Source of the DNA: a virus
Virus record (IMG/VR): IMGVR_UViG_3300032235_000647
Coordinates: 32,001-96,000 of that record
DNA length: 64,000 nt
Reading direction: 5' to 3' (one strand)
A program made the translations under genes and the position numbers. The notes beneath the pieces are model-generated. The model had not been told where the DNA came from, ran no database searches, and was given only the letters and a program-made list of their open reading frames with translations. Positions 38,095-46,300 of the stretch are shown in pieces (positions within the stretch are counted from its first letter, which is position 1; every line of letters begins with the position of its first letter).

Positions 38095-39831
38095 TTATTG
38101 ATTATCTAGTATATTTGATTCGTCTAACATACCTTTTGTTTCATGTAGATATTTTCTCTTCGAAGAAATACCATTAATATATTTCAAGGCTTTTTGTTCG
38201 GATGTTCGATGTTTTAACACATTATTATTTTCCTTATCACCAAGAGGGTCTCTACCAAATGGTGATTTATCTTTACCATAGGTATTACCCTCTCGTGGTC
38301 TTCCACCTTTATCTTTAGTTGCTTCTAATTCAGTTTTAAGTTGATTGAGAGATTCTTCAACATCTTCAGGTTCATTCTGCATAGCAGGATCATTACCTTG
38401 GTCTTCAATAGAACGATATCTGAATCTATCTTTAATATCATTAATAATTTTAACTCGTTGAACCTCTTGTTCACCATCTGCTAACTTAAAGATATTCTCA
38501 TAAACCCAATCTTTAGATAACATATTTAGACCAGCTATATCGGTTGCTAATCTTACCTTTTCAGACCATAGGTTTACTCGTTCTTGTTCGTAAATAGTAG
38601 ATGGGTTAATCAAATTCAATTCAAAGTTTGTCATTTCAACATCTTGAATTCCCTGAGAATATAAGTGAATGATTGCAATCTTTGATAATTCTGATATGAT
38701 TGTTCGTTGGATTCTTTCAATAGTTCTAGCAAAACGAACATCTTCTGCAGCAAGAGTAGCCTTACCATTTACATTCTCATCATATCCCAAATATGCCTTA
38801 GGAATTTTAAGAGCAGCAAAAAGTTTATTTTTTAGATATTGAATATCTTCAGTTGCTGCATAATCCAAACCTGAAATATTTTCGATAGAAGTTCCACTAT
38901 CGCCACCACGAACTGGTAAGAAGAAATCTTCTGTTAGGTTTTGCATATTATACTTCAAGTTATACTCACCACTATTTCTATCAATAAAAGGAACTTTCTT
39001 CATCTTATTGATAATTCGTTGCATGTAGTTATCAACTTCTTGTGGTGGGATATTACCGATATCAATTTTGAACACTCTTTTCTCAGGTGCTCTCATGATT
39101 CGGTGAATCAACATGGCATCTTCCATAAGAGATAATTGTTTCCACAATCTTCTACCATTTTCAATCATAGATTTACCGTATGGAAGCCAGTTTGTATCTG
39201 ATAATAATCTAAAGTGTGCAATTTCAAAGTTATCATATTCCATTTTACCCATAGGGTCTTCGGTAATTTTAAACTTTACTGCGTTTGGATTATTTGGGTC
39301 TATAAGTTCTAATCTTTCAGTATTATAAACTGAATGTGGGGTTGCGTTTACGATACCCTTTCCTTCTGCAATTTCCAACCCAAGAAAAAAGTCACCATAC
39401 TTACACATATTTCGTGTCCATGGCCATAGGTTGAATTCAACATTTAGAATATCATAGAATAAATTCTCTAGGGATTCTTGAACTCTATTATTATCCGAAC
39501 GAATTGAAAGGATTGTTCCAAATTCGTTTTTAAGTGTAGATTCATCTGCATAAATATCTAATGCAGAAGCAATGATTGGGTCTTGGTCCATTGCATCATA
39601 ATCACGAAAAACCTCTCTACGAACTTGCTGATATGCCATTGATTGGGCACCACCAGCCTGCTCGTAAAAGGATTTCTGCAACTTAGTGTATCTGTCCCTT
39701 AACGATGATAAGTTCGTTTGTTGTCTTTCATCAGTATCAACTACCCTTCTCTTACCATCTTTATCAACCGTAACAATTGCCTTTGATGAAAAGAGTTTGG
39801 ATAATCTACCGAAAAATGAAGTATCTGCCAT
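38095..39831 (-). CDS. gp20: Portal protein, T4 gp20-like
   Basis: QLSLMEDAMLIHRIMRAPEKRVFKIDIGN, EDFFLPVRG and DIQYLKNKLFAALKIP. Confidence 0.95.
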   Translation of the reverse strand: MADTSFFGRLSKLFSSKAIVTVDKDGKRRVVDTDERQQTNLSSLRDRYTKLQKSFYEQAGGAQSMAYQQVRREVFRDYDAMDQDPIIASALDIYADESTLKNEFGTILSIRSDNNRVQESLENLFYDILNVEFNLWPWTRNMCKYGDFFLGLEIAEGKGIVNATPHSVYNTERLELIDPNNPNAVKFKITEDPMGKMEYDNFEIAHFRLLSDTNWLPYGKSMIENGRRLWKQLSLMEDAMLIHRIMRAPEKRVFKIDIGNIPPQEVDNYMQRIINKMKKVPFIDRNSGEYNLKYNMQNLTEDFFLPVRGGDSGTSIENISGLDYAATEDIQYLKNKLFAALKIPKAYLGYDENVNGKATLAAEDVRFARTIERIQRTIISELSKIAIIHLYSQGIQDVEMTNFELNLINPSTIYEQERVNLWSEKVRLATDIAGLNMLSKDWVYENIFKLADGEQEVQRVKIINDIKDRFRYRSIEDQGNDPAMQNEPEDVEESLNQLKTELEATKDKGGRPREGNTYGKDKSPFGRDPLGDKENNNVLKHRTSEQKALKYINGISSKRKYLHETKGMLDESNILDNQ

Positions 39832-39872
39832 TTGTTTTCCTAATTTATATTATAACCTTTATTATTTTTATT

Positions 39873-40322
39873 TTACCACTTTCTACAACTCCAATATCTT
39901 GCTTTATGTCTTGGTCCTGGTGATTCACAATTATGTCTTGCTCTAAAAGATTTTCTTCTTTCAGGATTGTTCTTTTTAATTTTTACACCCTTTTGTCCGA
40001 AGTTAACTTTTACAACATTTCCTTGTGGATTTTTTACATATACCTTAAATTTCTTAACATCACCTGCCATTGGTTTTCCCAACTTCACTTCTCTACCTGG
40101 ATATTCTGCTTCATAAACACAATTACAATTTGCTTCCGTAAGTTCGGTTGTGTATGATTTTAAGAAATTTAGAAAATCCTCTTCATCTTCTTCTTCAACA
40201 TCAAGTTCGTCATAATCTAAAAAATTATGTTCTGCTGCATCAAATGGATAATCTTGAACATAACCATCAGTATTTTCTTTGATGGATTGTTTTTTATTTA
40301 AAATATTTTTTAACTTTATCAT
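39873..40322 (-). CDS. Conserved basic phage protein, putative internal head protein
   Basis: MIKLKNIL leader, an acidic linker, then KKFKVYVK...VNFG...RRKSFRARHNC...ARYWSCRKW; AGGAG SD. Confidence 0.75.
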   Translation of the reverse strand: MIKLKNILNKKQSIKENTDGYVQDYPFDAAEHNFLDYDELDVEEEDEEDFLNFLKSYTTELTEANCNCVYEAEYPGREVKLGKPMAGDVKKFKVYVKNPQGNVVKVNFGQKGVKIKKNNPERRKSFRARHNCESPGPRHKARYWSCRKW

Positions 40323-40374
40323 AATAGGGTCTCCTTATACTATAAATATATACTTCTAATAATAACCTATTATT

Positions 40375-41952
40375 TTAAATTAACCAAGTTAGGTCTTCAT
40401 CTTGATTACCAACTTTCATTGACCACGGATTTGTATCAACCGATGAATTGCCACCAAACCCATCTAATGTAAATGAGTGTTGCTGTATACCACCAAGCGT
40501 TCGTTTAGTTAAATCAACACCTTCTTGTCTCAAACGAAGTGCTGTATCTCTAACCCAAAGAGCAATTCCTAATGCCATTACAAGGTCATCATTGTATCCT
40601 CTCATTGCTTCTGCACGATTTCCCGTCCATATAAAAGTAAATAATTCATCTATCAAACGAGTAGAACGAATTGTCACGTCTTTTTCTCTAATGTATTGTT
40701 CTAACTTGGAAACAATAAGTGGACGAGTTTTCATTGTAGTTGAAAATCCAGCAACCATACCTCTTTCTTCTGCTCTGAATTTATTATGTAGTTGATGTTG
40801 GACATCTACATATTTTAAATCCTTACTCATGTAGAATAGATTTGAATAACCCCTATCGATTACTTGTTGAATTACTGCCCAACCAATGTTTGCGTTTTCA
40901 ATTACTAATAGGGCCTCATTATAATCAGTAGAAAGGGATACTAAGAAATTTCCAAAATCCTTTGTATCCATTTTTCCTTTGTATTCAGCCACTTGTGTTG
41001 CAGTTTCCACATCAAATACATGACACGCAGAGTAATCCGCACCATCACCCCTAGCAACGTCAGCTACAACCATGTATCCTTTGTTGTAATCAGGGTATTC
41101 CCATCTCCATAGATTATGGTCTATCCAAGTTTTTTCAATAGGGTCTTGGCAATATGATTCTTTGTAGAATTGTAATAATTGTGGGTCAATAACCGTGTCA
41201 CCAGAAGAAACGAAGTCACAATCACATTCTTGTGCTGCACCTTTCGGTCCTAATAATCGTTCTTGTTCATCTCTCCATGCTTGTCCTCGTTCTGGGTGAA
41301 CTGACCAATGTAGTCGGATTGTATTAAATCCGTTTGTTTCATCTTCTGCACCTACCCATGTTTTATGGAAAAAATTACCTACACCATTTGGAGTAGAAAG
41401 TATAATTGCATTACCACCCGTTGAAAGGGTAGATTGTGCAGATATCCAAATCTCTTCAATTTTATCAATGAAAGCAGCCTCATCAAATACCAATAGGGAT
41501 AGTGCTTCGGAACGGCCGGCGTCTCCTGCAGCAGAAGTTGCTTTGATTTGAGAACCATTCGAATATCGTAGAGATAATTTATTGTCTTCTACGGTAGTTT
41601 GTTTTAACCAACTCGGTAGGTATTGATTCATAACTCGAACCTTCGTTACAAGGTTCTTTGCCACCTCTTGCTTGGTTGCAATTACCAACACATTAAAGTC
41701 TTGGTTGAATAACATCTTCCAAAGTGAAAATCCTGCTACAAGAGTAGATATACCAGTCTGACGGGATTTTAGAACGATATTATATCTATGGTCTTTAAAT
41801 TCGGTGAGAGTTCGTTCTTGGAACGGGTATAAGTGAAAAGGAATTTTGCCACGAACAGGATGTTGAATCATACAATACTTCTTCATAAAGTAAATTGGAT
41901 CCGAAGCACATTTTTGATACTCTAACTTTATTATTTCCTTTAAACTCGGCAT
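40375..41952 (-). CDS. gp17: Terminase large subunit, T4 gp17-like
   Basis: LYPFQ, Walker A KSRQTGIST, Walker B LLVFDEAAF, STPNG, and nuclease motifs ADVARGDGADYS and DDLVMA. Confidence 0.97.
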   Translation of the reverse strand: MPSLKEIIKLEYQKCASDPIYFMKKYCMIQHPVRGKIPFHLYPFQERTLTEFKDHRYNIVLKSRQTGISTLVAGFSLWKMLFNQDFNVLVIATKQEVAKNLVTKVRVMNQYLPSWLKQTTVEDNKLSLRYSNGSQIKATSAAGDAGRSEALSLLVFDEAAFIDKIEEIWISAQSTLSTGGNAIILSTPNGVGNFFHKTWVGAEDETNGFNTIRLHWSVHPERGQAWRDEQERLLGPKGAAQECDCDFVSSGDTVIDPQLLQFYKESYCQDPIEKTWIDHNLWRWEYPDYNKGYMVVADVARGDGADYSACHVFDVETATQVAEYKGKMDTKDFGNFLVSLSTDYNEALLVIENANIGWAVIQQVIDRGYSNLFYMSKDLKYVDVQHQLHNKFRAEERGMVAGFSTTMKTRPLIVSKLEQYIREKDVTIRSTRLIDELFTFIWTGNRAEAMRGYNDDLVMALGIALWVRDTALRLRQEGVDLTKRTLGGIQQHSFTLDGFGGNSSVDTNPWSMKVGNQDEDLTWLI

Positions 41953-41957
41953 TATTT

Positions 41958-42377
41958 TTAGTTTACAAGTAATACACCAACTGCTATAACACCAACAATT
42001 GTTCCCACCTTATATAAAAAAGTTTTTCTCTTTTCTGATTTCAATTCCTTTAATAGGGATTCGGATTTTTCTCGTTCTAACTTAAATTGCTCATCTTTCT
42101 GTGTGATGATATAATCCAAATTAGTAATTTTAGAATTGAGAGTCAAAATTATTTCATCTTTAAGTACTAATTTTTGATTTGTTAATGAAAGAACTTTTTT
42201 AGTTTCTTCTAACTCAATGAGTGCACCATCCCCTTTAATTAAATCTTTGATGATTAATTTTGCAGTAGGAATTTTTAGTGCTACAATAGTATCAGTTTGA
42301 GTCTGATTCGTAACGGTCTGTGAAAAACTTGTTAAGGTCACTAAAATTAAACTTATTAACAGAATTAACTTTTTCAT
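41958..42377 (-). CDS. Signal peptide + coiled coil + C-terminal TM protein (spanin-like candidate)
   Basis: MKKLILLISLILVTLTSFS|Q, a heptad-rich middle and a hydrophobic C-terminus; overlaps the upstream gene by 86 nt. Confidence 0.55.
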   Translation of the reverse strand: MKKLILLISLILVTLTSFSQTVTNQTQTDTIVALKIPTAKLIIKDLIKGDGALIELEETKKVLSLTNQKLVLKDEIILTLNSKITNLDYIITQKDEQFKLEREKSESLLKELKSEKRKTFLYKVGTIVGVIAVGVLLVN

Positions 42378-42639
42378 TTGTATTTACCTTTATATTTCTT
42401 ATGTTTGTATTAACTGATGTAATATCAGTATCTAATAACCCAATTTCGGAAGATATGCTATCTATTTTTAAATCTAAATTTTTATTTACAAGTACAACCG
42501 AATCTATATTGTGTTGAATACTATCGATTTTTTGGTTATACATTTCTATATCCGTTTTTAGTTGTTTAGTAGAATAAATACTATATGCCAATAAACATAT
42601 TAAAACCAATAATAGAAACGATACATTTCCATTTTTCAT
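42292..42639 (-). CDS. N-terminal TM + coiled-coil protein (i-spanin-like candidate)
   Basis: Single N-terminal TM followed by heptads; AGGAG SD and late motif upstream. Confidence 0.55.
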   Translation of the reverse strand: MKNGNVSFLLLVLICLLAYSIYSTKQLKTDIEMYNQKIDSIQHNIDSVVLVNKNLDLKIDSISSEIGLLDTDITSVNTNIRNIKVNTNEKVNSVNKFNFSDLNKFFTDRYESDSN

Positions 42640-42654
42640 AAAAAAACTCCTTTA

Positions 42655-43311
42655 CTATAAATAGTGTTCTAATTTGTGTTCTTTTATAACCTCGAAAGCT
42701 TCATTTCGTTTTTCTACAACTTCTTTTAATTCAATTTCACCATTATCAATAATTTCTTGAATTTCAATCTTTACTTCATCGATTGGTTTTGGTAAACTCC
42801 ATTTTTCAACCGTTCCATCTTCATTAATAAATTCATAATAAGGTTTTAATTCAGTTAATGAGTGTTTTAATTCTTCTAATTTCATTTTACCTTCTACAAT
42901 CATACGAGTGTAAATTCGAAAATCTTCATATTCTTTCCAAATTCCAGCCCCTCTGAAATTATGTTCGATATCTGCCAAACAATTAATACAATATCCAGTT
43001 TTTTGTATTAATTTTTCATCATTTTTAGTTTTTTTAATCTTTTTACAACTTGGATTACTACATTCCTTTTTAAGATTTAAATAATTACGAATTTCTTGTA
43101 AGGCTTCGTGATTTTTTCCAGTTTTAATGGTATAACCTTCCTTTTTTTCGTATCTGTAAAATTCATCCTCCCAAATATCACCAACATTTCGTTGTTCTTC
43201 GGTTTTTGTCCAACCAATTTGAGTATTATTATCATACTCACCAGTTTGAATCATATCTACCAACTTTCTACGAGTTGGGTGCATATATTTTCGTTGAAAT
43301 TCTTTACTCAT
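42655..43311 (-). CDS. Hypothetical protein with Cys motifs
   Basis: CSNPSC and CINC pairs; late motif upstream; function unknown. Confidence 0.6.
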   Translation of the reverse strand: MSKEFQRKYMHPTRRKLVDMIQTGEYDNNTQIGWTKTEEQRNVGDIWEDEFYRYEKKEGYTIKTGKNHEALQEIRNYLNLKKECSNPSCKKIKKTKNDEKLIQKTGYCINCLADIEHNFRGAGIWKEYEDFRIYTRMIVEGKMKLEELKHSLTELKPYYEFINEDGTVEKWSLPKPIDEVKIEIQEIIDNGEIELKEVVEKRNEAFEVIKEHKLEHYL

Positions 43312-43369
43312 TGTTATACATTAGGTTATACATTATATATAAATATATAAAAATGAATAAAGTGATATT

Positions 43370-46300
43370 TTAAGCGTAAAATATACCTAAAATCTGATTT
43401 AATGAGGCAAATGCACCAGTTAATTTGAAAGTTTTACCTTGATATGTAAAAACTATACCTTCGTTTGGAACAATTTTATCAGCCCCACCGATTGCTTGTA
43501 ATCTTCTCAACTCTAATTTCAATTTTTCAATCTTTTTAGGGTCTCCTGATTTCTCAACTTCCTTAATTGTTTGGTCTAATCTCTTTTTCATGTCTCGAAT
43601 TGCTGCATCAGGGTTTACAGTCAATACTGATGATGTGAATTGTAGAACTTCTGCTCCAACTCCCAAGAAAATATCCTCAAATTTCATTAGGTTTTGTTTT
43701 GTGATTTTAGCTTGGTCTTCTTTATCAGTTGTTAATGCCCAATTTAACACTTTTTCATCAGTTATGTTCTTACTATCAATTCGAAACCCTTTGTCACCAA
43801 ATGCCCATCTCTTGACCAATCCCATTTTGGTTTTATTATCCAACATTGATGGTGATTTTTTGTTAATATAATCATTCCACCATGCTTGATGATACTCAGC
43901 AACACCATCAGTATCTTTCAAACCGAATTCTTTTTGTAATTTTGAGATTTTAGCAGTATATTTTCCTTTTTTAGATGAAAGGTCTTGTGATTTTGGTAAA
44001 AAAAGAACAGGAGGTCCTTGAATTGTGTAATTATCTTGAACATCTTTGTTTATTTGTTTAATCATACCCGCAAGGATTTTTGCTGCTCCTTGATTTTCAC
44101 CTATTGCATTACCTTCATCATCATATTCCATCGTTCCATGGAACACTAATAGTGGTTGTCCGTAAGGAATTACATTGACTGATGTTGGATATATCACTTC
44201 AAGATTCATAAAACAAGCACCATCCTTAAAAATTTTAAATCGTTGGGCTTCTGAAAGTGATTTTATAGCATCGGTGAGGTCTTTCATTGCAAAATTATAC
44301 GCTTTTTCCAATTCACCTCTGCCAGTAAACTTATCTGCCACACCTTTTATGTCTAAAGCACCAGCACCTTTGTTTTTCAAGTGTCCTTTATTACGAGCGG
44401 CAACTAATCTTCCACCTACCCATGAGATTGCAAGGGCTTGACCATCAGTTTTTTCTCGTGCAAGTTCTAAATTTCCATCCAATGCACGATTAACAATATC
44501 TTTTAGTTGTCCAAAAGTTAAATTGATTTCGGTATCAAATGGATGATTCATGTGTCCATACGCACCACCTTCTTTTAAAAGGGATTCTTTAACGGATTGG
44601 TATTTTTTATTCCATACATATTGGAATAACTCACCCCATATAGGTCCATCAATTTTACCATCCCACTCGTAATTATATATAGGTTTACTATTAAATGATT
44701 TGCCAGTTTTATTAAGAGCAGTTCTTCCCAACCCTTTTACATTAGTAGATTTTGGTTTTACTAATTTTTTACCACCCCAAGTTTTTTCGAGTCGTTTCTC
44801 ATCTTTGTAATGTAAAAATAACTGATAACCTCTATTTACATCTTTAACCTTATCCACAATTTTCTGCATGAAATCTTCTACTTTTGGATATTTTTTTAAA
44901 AATGCTTCAACTCTTCTTGGGTCTATATATCTAGCAACTTCTTCTTTTAATTCATAAGTTTTTTTATGAATAGTATCAAGTTGTTTTCTCAACTTTTTCA
45001 TTTCCTTCTCATGATTATCCATCCACGCTTGGTCAGGATATCCATGAGGTGCTAATTCATCTATTTTTTTATTTATTTTTCTGAATTTATCCAATTCTAT
45101 TTCACGAAGTTGTTTTAATGCTTCCTCATAAGTTTCATGGGTACCTAATTTTTCACCACCAGTTTTACGATATACCACCCACTTATTATCTACTTTTTGA
45201 ATTGTTTCTTCTATCTTTTTAAGTTTCGTATAATATTTTGGGTCTTCAAATAGGTGGTCCATTGCTATTTCTTTTGCAATATCAGTATCAGTAGTATGTT
45301 CCCTTTCTACTTTATACCCCTTTTTGAATTCATCCATCAATTCTGAAACTGGGATATTGTGTTTTTTAGCAATATCAGATAAACTCATACCTTGTGATAA
45401 TCCACCTGGTATTTTAGATTCCTTTTTAATTGATTTCGTACTATTCATAAATTCTTGTGGTGATTTAAAATGAGCTTTTAATATACGATTGTATTTAGAT
45501 GTTTTGTTTCCATCACCATGTACCATTAGAGGTATTCCTTGGTCTACTGCTCTTCCTAATTCAAATTTTGATGGAACTTCGTGAACTAATTCAAAACCAG
45601 GTAGGCTTCCTAAATAATATTCTTGGGTATCGTACTCTTCCCAAGAATGATTGTACATATAGCCAGTAGCTCCTGCAGCATCGTTAGGAGTCATTGAACC
45701 CCTGACCCCATCATAAAAACCACTATTGACTTCATCTATTAAATTTTCCGATTCAAAGGATAGAATAGGATCAGATGATTTAAAATCATCCTTTCGCATC
45801 ACCGTTTTTGCAATGGCCTGATTTGCTTGTTTAACAAAAGGAATGTTTATATCATATCTTTTATCTCTAACAACTATTTCTTTATATTTCTCTAAAAATT
45901 CTTTAAATTTATTTTTTATTCTTGATAATCTTTTAAAGAATCCTGTTAATTCAGCATCAGAAATCGGTTTACCATTTCTTGGATCATTTACTCTATCAAA
46001 GAAATGTTGAGTAAACTCAATATCTTGTGGTGATAATTGTTTTTCTGCATATCTCTCAACACCTCTTAATTGAGACATACTCATTTCATTTGTTGGAGTA
46101 TCAAAAGTTAAATTACTTGGATATTGGTTAACCGATTTGAATCTATCTGCTTCCTTTTGCTTTAATGCAGGAAGGAATCTAAATTTGGCAAGTTTAACAA
46201 TTTTTCTTTTCTTTTTTTGAACCATTTGAGATACTCTAGTCTTTTGTGGTAAAGAGAGTTCATTATAAGGAGTCATTCCAAATAATCGTTGAGTCCATTC

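Noticed and set aside
40375-41952. Intein or intron in terminase (also considered for portal and capsid)
   Set aside because: Lengths are normal and motifs are contiguous, with no Hint or endonuclease insert.
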